Position numbers and translations under genes: made by a program
Assembly (NCBI GenBank): GCA_963841735.1
Contig: CAWJDT010000001.1
Location: forward strand, 1,440,001 to 1,504,000
Direction of reading: 5' to 3'
Source: an uncultured Actinomycetes bacterium
Lineage (GTDB): Bacteria > Actinomycetota > Thermoleophilia > RBG-16-64-13
Length of the DNA: 64,000 nt
The notes under the pieces: model-generated
The model's database searches: none
What the model was told of the DNA's origin: nothing
Seen by the model: the letters and a program-made list of their open reading frames with translations, nothing else
In this document: positions 19,551 through 29,614 of the stretch, piece by piece
Position numbering within the stretch: position 1 is the stretch's first letter
Layout: the number at the start of each line of letters is the position of its first letter

Positions 19551-20525
19551 ATGTATAGGTGCATCGGCGGTTTGGCGAACACGATATCCAAATCGGTCAG
19601 GGGCCTCCGGGGAGGTGGTGCCGGCAGCCGACGGGTGCGTCTGCTCGCTCAGATCGGTCTGGGCCTGGCTGGAGTCATCTGGGGGGCCAACTTCGTGTTG
19701 GTGAAGGTGGCCATGGAAGATATGCCGCCCCTCTATTACCTGGGGTTGCGTTTCCTGGTGGGCGCTGTGGTGCTCGCTCCCTTTAGTGTGAGACGGCTGA
19801 AGAGACTCGATCGACGCAGCTGGATGCTGGGCTGCGGGATAGGGGCGCTGCTGTTTGCCGGCTTCGTGTTGCAGACCGTGGGGCTCCGCTCTACCTCGCC
19901 GGGCATCTCAGGCTTCCTGACCAGCCTTTATGTGCTCATGGTTCCTCTGATCCTAGGAGTGGCGACGGGCCGGTGGCCATCGCCTATGGTGGGGCTGGGG
20001 GTGGTGGTGGTAGCCGCCGGACTGGCGGTGCTATCTCTCTATGGCGAGGCTGCATTCGGTCTGGGAGAGCTCCTCACCTTGCTTGCCACAGTCTTCTGGG
20101 CCCTCCACATCCTGGGGGTGGGATACGCCTCCACCAGGATCAGCGCTATCGCGCTCGTGCAGATCCAGCTTACTGTTTGCGCCGTTCTGTCGTTGGCCTG
20201 TGCCTTTGCCATCGAGCGGCCTCAGCTCTTTCCCGGCTGGGAGGCCACGGGAGCCGTGCTCTGGACCGGGATCATGGGGGGAGTGGTGGCATATCTGCTG
20301 ATGGCTTTGGGACAGCGGTACACGCCACCTACACTTGCGGGGATCCTCATGAGTCTGGAGGCGGTCTTCGCTCTCATCGTGTCGATGATCATCGGCTACG
20401 ACACTCTGACAACGCGGACTGTGATCGGTTTCGTTCTGATGTTTGCCGGTACCACTGCAGCTCGAATCGGGTCAGAGAAGAGGACACCGGAGCTGGCGGC
20501 AGAGCCCGCGCCGCCGGGGCCTTAG
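19551..20525 (+). CDS. EamA/DMT-family transporter (true start possibly further downstream)
   Basis: IWGANFVLVK, about ten TM segments in two EamA repeats, LEAVFA. Confidence 0.92.
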   Translation: MYRCIGGLANTISKSVRGLRGGGAGSRRVRLLAQIGLGLAGVIWGANFVLVKVAMEDMPPLYYLGLRFLVGAVVLAPFSVRRLKRLDRRSWMLGCGIGALLFAGFVLQTVGLRSTSPGISGFLTSLYVLMVPLILGVATGRWPSPMVGLGVVVVAAGLAVLSLYGEAAFGLGELLTLLATVFWALHILGVGYASTRISAIALVQIQLTVCAVLSLACAFAIERPQLFPGWEATGAVLWTGIMGGVVAYLLMALGQRYTPPTLAGILMSLEAVFALIVSMIIGYDTLTTRTVIGFVLMFAGTTAARIGSEKRTPELAAEPAPPGP

Positions 20526-20531
20526 CTTCGC

Positions 20532-21248
20532 TCAGCTTCGTCCTGCGGCCGCTCTCGCGACAAAGGCGGCTACCTTCGTGGCTACAGCTTCGTAGGCGCC
20601 TTCGGGTTCCTTCCCCGAGGAACGAGGCAAGGCTAAGGAGTGGTCTCCCCCTTCGACCACGTATAACTCACCGGGCACGACTAGACAGGGGAGGGCGGGA
20701 CGCAATAGTTCCAGGTTGCAGAACGGATCGTGGCTGCCTATACAGAACAGGCTGGGGATGTCGATGTGCCGGAGGGGTTTGAGGTTGATGCGGTCGGGGC
20801 GACCAGGCGCGTGCAGCGGGTAGCCGAGTTCCACGAGACCCGCGGCGTCCACGCCGTCTCCCTCCGACCGACGCGAGACCATCTCGGCGGCTACCCGCCC
20901 GCCCAGAGATTTGCCCCCCACGAAGACGGGGACGCCCGCTACATAGAAGCCGCTTGCGAGCCGGGCGTAGGCGGCTCTAAAAGCGGCCTCCAGCACCACG
21001 GCCGAGTCCGGGGAGTCGGCGCCGCTCTCCGCATAGGCGAAGTTGAAGCGGAGCACCGCGATGCCGGCCGTGTCCGCCAGACGAGCGGCAAGATAGGCTA
21101 GAAGGGAGTGGTCCACGTCATTGTTGGACCCGTGCGCAAGGAGAAGAGCGGCGTTCGGGGCGGTGCCGGCCGGGGTGTCCAGCTTCGCGGTCACGTCGAC
21201 CGCACCGAGGACGTCAATCTTGAAGCTTCTCGAGGGGGATCGAGGCAT
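20532..21248 (-). CDS. Alpha/beta hydrolase (KANSL3/Abhydrolase_11-like)
   Basis: LLAHG, nucleophile GGKSLGGR, GYPLH, GSHDPF, GGDHS. Confidence 0.85.
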   Translation of the reverse strand: MPRSPSRSFKIDVLGAVDVTAKLDTPAGTAPNAALLLAHGSNNDVDHSLLAYLAARLADTAGIAVLRFNFAYAESGADSPDSAVVLEAAFRAAYARLASGFYVAGVPVFVGGKSLGGRVAAEMVSRRSEGDGVDAAGLVELGYPLHAPGRPDRINLKPLRHIDIPSLFCIGSHDPFCNLELLRPALPCLVVPGELYVVEGGDHSLALPRSSGKEPEGAYEAVATKVAAFVARAAAGRS

Positions 21249-21334
21249 CCACGCTCTCCTTCTGTGGGGTCAGGGACATGGCCAAACAACGAACTATGTG
21301 TAATATACGTGTACAAGCCTCAAGGGAGGGCACA

Positions 21335-21574
21335 TTGGAACGGATCATCGGCAATCTTGACAAGGCCAAGCTAAAGCTGGACGAGGCCTTCTTCTACCTT
21401 GACGAGATCGAGGAGCTCATCCAAGAAGATGAGCTGAGCGAGACGGCTGGCTCCAAAGTCACCCAGGCCACCGAGCGGCTCACTGCCGAACTCTCTGCGC
21501 TGAGCGGCAGGGTGGCAGAGTTGCAGGATATCCTGGCCGCCCTTGACCAACAAGAGGCATCTGCCGGCGAGTAG
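21335..21574 (+). CDS. Small acidic helical hypothetical protein (79 aa)
   Basis: GGAGG SD before TTG 21335, TAATAT -10 at 21301, heptad-like acidic sequence, hairpin downstream. Confidence 0.65.
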   Translation: MERIIGNLDKAKLKLDEAFFYLDEIEELIQEDELSETAGSKVTQATERLTAELSALSGRVAELQDILAALDQQEASAGE

Positions 21575-21719
21575 TTTGTCGGGGTCTGGGCGGGCGCGGT
21601 CGCAGCGGTTCTAGCCTCGGAGGGCGAGGCGGATCTAGCGGGTCGCCCTCCTTCTTGGTGAGCGTTTGCACGACTCAGGCAGGAGTTGCTTTCTGTGCCA
21701 AAGAGAACGGCTCGCTACC

Positions 21720-23210
21720 CTAGTTGTGCTCGTGGTGCTCAGGGATGTACTCCTCCAGAACGGGAAAATCGCGGAGTTGCTTGTCGATGGCAGCCTTCAT
21801 GAACGAGTCGACCCACCAGAACACGTTCTGCGTACGCACGTTCCGTCGCAACCGCCTCATCCGGTAGCGGCGCTCGCCGGAAGTCATGTGGAAGGCAGCG
21901 TAGAGGGCGTCGGCAGTCTGTTCCACGTCGTATGGGTTGACCACCACAGCGCCCTGCCCCATCTGGGCGGCGGCTCCGGCGAACTGGCTGAGCACCAGCA
22001 CCGAATCCTCGTCGAGGCTGCATGCGCAGAACTCCTTGGCTACTAGGTTCATCCCGTCCTTGAGTGGAGTCACCAGGCCGATACTGGCCATCCGGTAGAA
22101 GGCCAACAGCTCGGTCTGCGAGAGGCTGCGGAAGAAGTAATGTACCGGCACCCAACCGACCTCGCCCAAGCGTCCGTTCACCTCTCCTACGAGTTGCTCG
22201 ATCTCCAGTTTGAGCTCGTCGTACCTCTGGATGCCCTCGCGGCTGGGCACTACCACTTGGAACAGATTGACGCGCCTCCGCACTTCCGGAAAACGCTCGA
22301 TAAGGCTGGCAAAGGCTCGGATCCGCTGGGGGATGCCCTTCGTGTAGTCAAGCCGATCCAGCCCCAGAACTATCTGGCGTCCTTCGAATCGGGAGCGGAT
22401 GACGTGGACTCGTTCTTCTACCTGAGGGTCCGCGGCCGACTTGGCGAAGGCGGCGGCGTCTATGCCTATGGGGAACGAGCCGACCCGCATCTCCCTGCCG
22501 CCGATCTTCACCACGTGCAGATGGCCTTCGGCGGTTATGCGGGCGTTCTTCACCAGGGTGCGGACGCACTGGATGAAGTTGCGGCGATCGCGTTGGGTCT
22601 GGAATCCCACCAGGTCATGGTCGAGCAACGACGTGAGCACTGCGCTGCGTTCTGGCAGCTTCATGAAGATATCCGGTGCGGGGAAAGGAATGTGTAGGAA
22701 GAATGCCAGATTGGCACAGTGCCCAGCCTCGCGAAGGTGGTGGGCGACGTCCATCAGCTGGTAGTCGTGCACCCAGACAAAGTCCTCCCCCAAGCATTCG
22801 GCGGCAATGACTTCGGCGAACTTGCGATTGACCTTGGTGTAGGCTTGCCAGTATGCGGGCTCGAATTCGCACCGTGTCTGAAGGTCGTGGAAGAGAGGCC
22901 ACACGCTCTCGTTGGAATACCCGTGGTAGTAGTTCTCCACCTCTTCGGGACTCAGCGAGACGGGCTTTAGATCATAGCCGGCGTCTCGCGAAGCGCTCTT
23001 GAATATCTTGGACATTTCCGGGACTTCCTCGGTGACCCCCGACCAGCCTATCCACATGCCCCCCCTATCGCGTAGCACCGGAAGCAGAGCTGTCACGAGT
23101 CCGCCGGAGCCCGGCTTGAGCGTCCAGTGGCCATTGTCTTGCTTCTTCTCGAGCACGTAGGGGAGCCTGTTGGAGACCACAATCAGTCTTCCGGTCGATC
23201 TAGCGGCCAC
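21720..23210 (-). CDS. otsA: Trehalose-6-phosphate synthase (GT20)
   Basis: [47 protein letters not shown]. Confidence 0.96.
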   Translation of the reverse strand: MAARSTGRLIVVSNRLPYVLEKKQDNGHWTLKPGSGGLVTALLPVLRDRGGMWIGWSGVTEEVPEMSKIFKSASRDAGYDLKPVSLSPEEVENYYHGYSNESVWPLFHDLQTRCEFEPAYWQAYTKVNRKFAEVIAAECLGEDFVWVHDYQLMDVAHHLREAGHCANLAFFLHIPFPAPDIFMKLPERSAVLTSLLDHDLVGFQTQRDRRNFIQCVRTLVKNARITAEGHLHVVKIGGREMRVGSFPIGIDAAAFAKSAADPQVEERVHVIRSRFEGRQIVLGLDRLDYTKGIPQRIRAFASLIERFPEVRRRVNLFQVVVPSREGIQRYDELKLEIEQLVGEVNGRLGEVGWVPVHYFFRSLSQTELLAFYRMASIGLVTPLKDGMNLVAKEFCACSLDEDSVLVLSQFAGAAAQMGQGAVVVNPYDVEQTADALYAAFHMTSGERRYRMRRLRRNVRTQNVFWWVDSFMKAAIDKQLRDFPVLEEYIPEHHEHN

Positions 23211-23246
23211 TCACCCTCCTAGGTGGGGTGCTGGGGCGACAGACGC

Positions 23247-24533
23247 TCACAGACCCTGGTAGTTGGCGCTGCCCTGGCTAAGCTCGATGCGGTCCTCGTT
23301 TCCGTGCCTAAGGGCCAGAATGAGCGTGAGATACTCCCGCAGGTGGCGGGTGGTGAGGAAGTTGTGCCGCACCAATTCGCGCGCGTTCTGGCCGATCTGA
23401 TGAATGCGCCGGCGATCGGAAAGCAGGTAGCGGATGCGCATCGCTGCCCCTTCGGGGGTGTCCACAAGGAAGCCGGTGCGGTGGTCCACCAACTGAAGCC
23501 GAATGCCCCCGGTGTTGCCGCCAATGACCGGTTTGCCCTTCCACATGGCCTCGGTCACCGTGAGGCCGAAGCCCTCGCGGATAGACTTCTGGAGCACGAT
23601 GTCGGCCGCCGACTGCAGGGCGCCTATGAACCGGTCGCCATAGTGCTCCGCGGAGAGAATGTGGATGTCGGGGTCGCCTTCCGCGGCTGCGTAGACCTCA
23701 GCCAGGACGGCCGCGCCCTCGGGATCGTCCGCTGCGCTACCTCCTACCAGCACCAACTGCAGGCTGGGCACGAACTCTGTGGCCAAGCGATAGGCCCGGA
23801 TCACTCCCACGGGATCTTTGAACCGGTCGAAGCGGGATACCTGAAGCAACAGGGGCCGGCGCGGATCGATTCCGCACTCCTTGAAGACCTTGCGCACTTC
23901 CTTCGACCTGTACGGAAGGTTCTTCTCACTGAGTGGATCGATGCTCGGCGGGATAAGGTAGACCGGGTGCGGCATGGTCTGGGCGAAGGCGTCGAGCGAG
24001 AAGATGCTGGCGTCATAGCCCATCACGAATTCGCGCACGTAGTTCCAGACCGGCCGGTAGGGGTGGCTTAGGTCGATGTGGCATCGCCAGATCCACTTTC
24101 CTGTTCTGTCAGGGAAATGGCCGAGTAGGGGAGCGGGCTGCGGATCGTGGATGAAGACCACGTCGGCTTCCTGAAGGATAGGACGCATGCGCTCCGCGTT
24201 GGCAGCGTTCACTCTCTCGTATTCGCTCAGGAGGTTTGGGGGGATCCGTAGTGCCTTTCCTTGAAGCGCATTGTGGAAGGACTTGGTGCAGGCGAAGAAG
24301 TCCTCGTTGCCCTCGATTACCTCCCAGCTGGCGTCGAGCTCGAGCGCCCGCATCAAGGGGACCAGCGATTCCAGTATCTCGGCGACTCCTCCTCCTACAC
24401 GGGTGGAGTTGACGTGAACGACCCGTAGGCCGGCCAGCGGCTCGGCGAGTTGGCGGAGCTGTTCTACGGCGTCCCGACCGGCGTGCTCGGCATATCGGTC
24501 CAGCAAGTCTTGACTTTGGGCCGGGGTGGTCAT
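23247..24533 (-). CDS. treT: Trehalose synthase TreT-type glycosyltransferase (GT4)
   Basis: HVNSTRVGGGVAEIL, HNALQG, HDPQP, WRCHID, SRFDRFKDP, EGFGLTVTEAMWK. Confidence 0.9.
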   Translation of the reverse strand: MTTPAQSQDLLDRYAEHAGRDAVEQLRQLAEPLAGLRVVHVNSTRVGGGVAEILESLVPLMRALELDASWEVIEGNEDFFACTKSFHNALQGKALRIPPNLLSEYERVNAANAERMRPILQEADVVFIHDPQPAPLLGHFPDRTGKWIWRCHIDLSHPYRPVWNYVREFVMGYDASIFSLDAFAQTMPHPVYLIPPSIDPLSEKNLPYRSKEVRKVFKECGIDPRRPLLLQVSRFDRFKDPVGVIRAYRLATEFVPSLQLVLVGGSAADDPEGAAVLAEVYAAAEGDPDIHILSAEHYGDRFIGALQSAADIVLQKSIREGFGLTVTEAMWKGKPVIGGNTGGIRLQLVDHRTGFLVDTPEGAAMRIRYLLSDRRRIHQIGQNARELVRHNFLTTRHLREYLTLILALRHGNEDRIELSQGSANYQGL

Positions 24534-25225
24534 GCCGGTACTCCCGCGGCAGCCGACATGCTTGCAGCCTCGGGCGTCGGGGCGACGAAGTAGTCGGTCA
24601 CCACCTGGGCGAGCCTTTCTCTAAGCACTGAAAGCGACTCGAAGTACGGATCGACCGCGCCGATCAGATCACAAAGTGCGGCGTATTTGGTGCCGAGACC
24701 CATGAGCCACGCTCGGAAGTCGTCTACCGCAATGGGCTCTCGACGCCGAGCATCGATGAAGTGATAGAAGACACTGCCAAGCGACAACTTGGGAAGTATC
24801 TCTACGAGGTCCCGCGGGTTGGTGAGGCGTCTGCTGGTGTCGAAAACAACTATCACAGACCGGACGAAGTGGAACTGGTGATCAGCTCGCGCGAACAGCA
24901 TCAACTCGGTCTCATCCAGCCTTTCTTCGATGACTTCCAGCAGCTCTCTTCGCAGGTGTTCAAGGTCTGAGAAGTCGGCGGGGTCGATGACGGCCAGACG
25001 TTCCGCGGTAGGGGCGTCATGCAGAGCCCTGCCGCACCAGGTTGCGAAGTCGTTGTTGTATTCGCGGTCGGAGAACTGGGGGCGGAGGAGCGTTCCCCAG
25101 AAATGCTGATAGATACAGCCAGGGTGGATGTCGCGCACGCAATCGCGCAATTCTCGAAGTGTCTGAGCCCTACGCCCGGTGGCGATCGTGGCCAATGAGC
25201 AATCCTTGACAACAAAGTCGATCAT
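24530..25225 (-). CDS. DUF5752-like TreT-associated protein with internal duplication
   Basis: Two repeats, CIYQHF..NDFATW and SVFYHF..DDFRAW; 4-nt overlap with treT. Confidence 0.75.
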   Translation of the reverse strand: MIDFVVKDCSLATIATGRRAQTLRELRDCVRDIHPGCIYQHFWGTLLRPQFSDREYNNDFATWCGRALHDAPTAERLAVIDPADFSDLEHLRRELLEVIEERLDETELMLFARADHQFHFVRSVIVVFDTSRRLTNPRDLVEILPKLSLGSVFYHFIDARRREPIAVDDFRAWLMGLGTKYAALCDLIGAVDPYFESLSVLRERLAQVVTDYFVAPTPEAASMSAAAGVPA

Positions 25226-25243
25226 GGGGGTGCCTCCTGGGTA

Positions 25244-26084
25244 TTAAGTGAGTCTACCCGTTTGAGAGATGTTCAACCCTGGGAAGAGACGAAGGCTTCC
25301 AGAAAGGTGGCGGTGGAGTCGCAATCCGGAAGCATGTATTCGGCCTTGGTGCTCCATGCCGGTTGGCCTACGACTATCGTTTACCCCCCAGCCTCGCGCG
25401 GCCACGAACATGTCTTCGTCGGTCAGATCGTCCCCGATACACACCGGGCAAGTGTCGGTTCGTCCCAAACGCATTTGACCCAGCAGCCAGAGCATCGCTC
25501 TACCCTTCCCCCAGTCAACGGCGGGACGCAGCTCGTGCACCATCTTGCCGCCGGTCCAGTCTTAGGCCCGGTGCAGACCCCGCCACCTGTCGCACCGTCT
25601 CAGCCACGAGGGGTTGCTGCTCTTTGTCCACCATCCGGTAGTGCACCGACAGCGACCGCTCTTTGGCCTCGACAAAGGCACCGTCGATCGAGCGGAGGCG
25701 GTGCTCCAGCTCTGCGGCAGCCAGTTCCAGCTGGCCGTCTTCTGCTCCCACCTCGAGCTCGATGTTCGATCCTGGAGGCCCCACGACTCGGTAGCCGTGG
25801 TCGCCGGCATAGGAGACCCCGGCGATGTTGACCTTCCGGCGCAGGTCGGCCAGGTCACGCCCCGATATGAGACACACGAGGTGGTTGCCGGCGAGGGCCG
25901 CGAGCACCTTCATCGTTCGCTCCGGAACTTTCGCCAGTTCGGGGCGTGAGGCAAGGGGCGCCAAGGTGCCGTCCAAATCAAGGAAGAACGAAGGCTCGCG
26001 CGGTCCTATTCGCTCGCCTATACGCGAGAGACTATCAAGGGCCAAAGGTATAGTTAGGTCACTCACTGGCTTAGATACTCTCAC
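25244..26084 (-). CDS. otsB: Trehalose-6-phosphate phosphatase (frameshifted near 25545, possibly again near the 3' end)
   Basis: HAD motif FLDLDGTL, ISGR, SVHYR, ELRP..WGKG, IGDDLTDED over two ORFs. Confidence 0.88.
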
Positions 26085-26272
26085 ATGAAGGTCCGAATTT
26101 CATGCGAAGGTTGCATAAATGTTGATACCCATGCGCCGACGGGATGATGTATTATGGAATAGCATCGATAGGAAGCTCTCCCCGCGACGTGCAGAGTGCT
26201 TCATCTACTCGTCCGTCCGCTGGTGCATCCGAACGTATGCAGTAGTAGCCACTGGTATCTGTGGAGGACATG

Positions 26273-26636
26273 ATGAGCACGGCAAGGCTGTATGTCGGCA
26301 ACCTCTCCTACGGCACCACCAAAGAGACCCTAGAGAAGGCGTTCGCTGAGCACGGTGAGGTGGTGGCGGTAAACATCATCACCGACCGCCAGACCGGACG
26401 TCCGAAGGGCTTTGCCTTTGTCGAGATGAGCACGCCCGAAGCGGCAGAAGCAGCCAAAGCTGCGCTCAACGGAGCCGACATCGACGGACGCACCATTAAC
26501 GTCGATAGCGCCAGGGAGCAGGAGCAGCGTCGGCCGGGTGGCTTTGGCGGTGGCGGTGGTTGCGGCGGTACGGTGGCGGCGGCGGCTACGGCGGCGGCAG
26601 TCGCGGTGGCAGGGCGGCGGCGGGTCGCGCTGGTAG
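26273..26636 (+). CDS. RRM RNA-binding protein with Gly-rich tail (indels in tail)
   Basis: RNP2 LYVGNL, RNP1 KGFAFVEM; tail ends CGCTGGTAG like the paralog at 50276. Confidence 0.9.
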
Positions 26637-26703
26637 ACCGGCGCCGATCGGCGTGAGCCGCGCCCGCGGGATACGGGTGAGCGTCGCAGTAGGTGGAAAT
26701 TAC

Positions 26704-26734
26704 GGGGCGCCGGGAGACCGGCGCCCCTCTTGTT
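26704..26734. terminator. Hairpin terminator
   Basis: GGGGCGCCGG-GAGA-CCGGCGCCCC followed by a T-rich tail, between convergent genes. Confidence 0.7.
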
Positions 26735-28775
26735 CTATGAGGGCCGAAGCAGAGTTCTCTGAGCCGCGCGGGGTCGCCGGTGGGGGCCGCGCAGGTGGAG
26801 CGACTGCACACCCACGCGGTGGCTTGGGGACTCGCGTCCGGTTCGTGGCCCGCGAGCAGGGGGTTCGTCGAGGCTGCCCCGGGGGGCCGCGCAGCTAAGA
26901 CCAGATCTGGCCGAAACGGTTCGTTGACCACGGCAAGCAGTCCGCCTGGTCTCTTCGGCGGCGGGCTCTCCTATGATCGCTACCTCTACAGTGCCTGTCT
27001 CGGCCAGTAGCTGAGCATAGAGCCAACCGCCGAACATCATGGGGGCGCGGGCGGCAAAGGCTGGACCGGTGTTCAGGGTGCGAGCGGCCAGGTCGCGGTA
27101 GCGGGTTTCACCTGTGAACGATGCCATTTTCAGGAGTGTCGTCGCCGCCAGGGAGTTGCCGCAGGCAGTGGGGCTGTCCTGCAGGGAACGGGGCCGGAGG
27201 ATGAGGGTTTCGTGATCGTCGCTGGTGTCGTAGAACCCCCCGTCAGGTCTTGAGAAGTGCTCGATCAGCGCGTCCGTGAGTCCCCAGGCGGCCTCAAACC
27301 ACTCATCGGCGAAAGTGCACTGGTAGAGGGCGAGAAAGCCATCTATGGCGCCGGCGTAGTCTTCAAGATAGCCGTTGCCCAAGGCCCTGCCCGACTTCCA
27401 GGAATGCCTGAGCCGGTGTCTCGCCACCATCAAGTGTTCGGCAAGAAAGCGGCCGGTCTTCTCGGCCGCCGCGCGATAGCGGTCCGAGGGTAGGGCTCGG
27501 GCTGCCTCGGAGAAAGCCGCCAGCGCCAGCCCGTTCCACCCAGCTATCACCTTCTCGTCGCGGGCGGGCGGCTCCCTTCGCTCGCGGGCTGCCAGCAGTT
27601 TTCCTCGGGCGACCATGAGCCTCTCACCGGGGGATGTCGCGGCAGTACTCTGTGACCCCGCGTCCAGGTGCAGGATGTTAACGCCCTCGAAGTTGCCGGC
27701 ACTGCTCACGCCGTAGGTCTCGATGAACTCATCGGCCTCTTTGTCGTTCAGGATGGCGCGAACCTGATCGAGCGTCCACACGTAGAACCTTCCCTCTTGT
27801 CCCTGGGAATCGGCGTCCTCAGAGCTGTAGAAGCCCCCCGTGGGCGCTATTCATGCGGCGCTGCAGGTAGTCGAGTGTTTCTTCGACGATGGTTCGGTAG
27901 CGGGGCCGCCCCGTCAGTTGCCAGGCGTGCAGATAGCACCTCGCTAGTTGGGCGTTGTCGTACAGCATCTTTTCGAAGTGAGGTACGAGCCAGCGTTCAT
28001 CGACGGCGTAGCGGTGAAAGCCGCCGCCGAGGTGATCGTAGATGCCTCCCGCGGCCATAGCGTCGAGAGTGGACCAAATCTCAGGCTCCGGTTGAGCTTT
28101 ACCTAATAGGGCCTGACGGAAGAGCAGGTAATCGAGTACGAGCGGCTGAGGGAACTTGGGGGCCTCACCCCAGCCTCCGTAAATCGGGTCGAAAGAAGCG
28201 TGTAGTGACCGATCCGCCTCGGTCAGCATCAGCTGTGGGGATTCGGCCCGCGAGCCATCCTGGCCGGGGGCGGTCTGCTCTTGCTGAAGCTGCTTGAGTA
28301 TGGAGGCAGCGCCTTGTCTCAGTTCATCCCGGCGGTCAGTCCAGGCGCCGGCGATTGCTGTGAGCACCTGGCGAAAGGAGGGCGTCCCGGGCCGGGGGGC
28401 GGGGGGGAAGTAGGTACCTCCATAGAACGGTACGGTGTTGGGATCGAGCCAGACGCTTAGGGGCCATCCCCCGCGACCGGTGAGAGTCACGACGGCCTGC
28501 ATGTAGATGGAGTCCAGGTCGGGTCTCTCCTCGCGGTCGACCTTGATGCACACGAAATGGGCGTTTAGGAGTTCGGCGGTGCTGGGGTCAACAAACGATT
28601 CGCGCTCCATCACGTGGCACCAGTGGCAGGCCGAGTACCCTATGCTGAGAAAGATGGGCACGTCTTCGGCCTGGGCTCTCGCCAAGGCCTCGGGACCCCA
28701 GGGGTACCAGTCGACCGGGTTGTCGGCGTGCTGCAGAAGGTAGGGGCTCGATTCCGCGGCGAGGTGGTTGGGCAT
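26735..28775 (-). CDS. Thioredoxin-domain protein, YyaL/SSP411 family (2-3 frameshifts)
   Basis: [55 protein letters not shown]; ATG 28775 with AAGGAG SD. Confidence 0.9.
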
Positions 28776-28886
28776 GTCGCTCTCCTTCCGTGAAGCGCAG
28801 GAGCGATACTCTACTACCCTCTCTTGGATACAATGAACCAACAGTATGTTGCAGCAGTGCATCCCTAGGCGCTTATGGAGGCAGGC

Positions 28887-29009
28887 ATGCCGAGGTTCGC
28901 GGGCAAGAGGTCCCATCACATCTGGTGGGAGTTGGCGATTCTGATAGTGCTGGTCGTGGTGGTGCTTGTTGTGCTGGAACTCACCGGCACCGCCCATATC
29001 TTTACCTAA
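28887..29009 (+). CDS. 40-aa single-pass membrane microprotein (not in ORF track)
   Basis: GGAGG SD then [40 protein letters not shown]; stop lies just before the SD of the next gene. Confidence 0.7.
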   Translation: MPRFAGKRSHHIWWELAILIVLVVVVLVVLELTGTAHIFT

Positions 29010-29020
29010 CAAGGAGGCGC

Positions 29021-29535
29021 GTGGTGGCCAAGGCTAGCGAGATCCTCGGCAGACCCCTGGTGATACGCGAAGGTGGCCGGGCGGTCGGCAAGGTCAAAGA
29101 CTTAGTGGTGGACGAATACGGCAAGCGTGTCCTGGGCTTTGTAGTCTCAGAGGGGCTGTTCAAGACCACCCGGGTGGCGTTGTACGCCAGCGTGCAGACC
29201 ATCGGGCCCGACTCAGTGATCATCGGCACCGTCGACGGCGTGGTCAAAGCTGTCGATGCGCCCGATATCAGCAGCGTCTTGGACAAGAATCAGAAGATCC
29301 GGGGTATCAAGGTCCAGACGACGGGCGGCAAGGATCTGGGTGAGGTCAACGACTTCGAGTTCGACGAGAGTAGCGGAGTGGTTTTGGGCTATGAGCTCTC
29401 CGGTGGTCTTTTCGCCGACGTCTTCGGTGGCCGCTCGTTTCCTTCCCTACCCCGGCGTCCCTCGAGCTGGGAAAAGACGTGGCCTTTGTCGGCCCCGAAG
29501 CGGAAGAGACGGTCCACAAACGCTCGGAGAGCTGA
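29021..29535 (+). CDS. Tandem PRC-barrel protein (frameshift near 29440)
   Basis: Two PRC repeats ([26 protein letters not shown]); AAGGAGG SD before GTG. Confidence 0.85.
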
Positions 29536-29614
29536 GGGCCACTTCGCAGGCAGTGGCGGCAGCGTGCCGGCGCGGGGTACGCTCGTGCTCCTTGGCTCGG
29601 CGGGGAGCCCAGAG

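Noticed and set aside
28776-29012. N-terminal extensions of yyaL and the PRC-barrel ORF
   Set aside because: Better SD-supported starts at 28775 and 29021; the interval holds the 40-aa ORF
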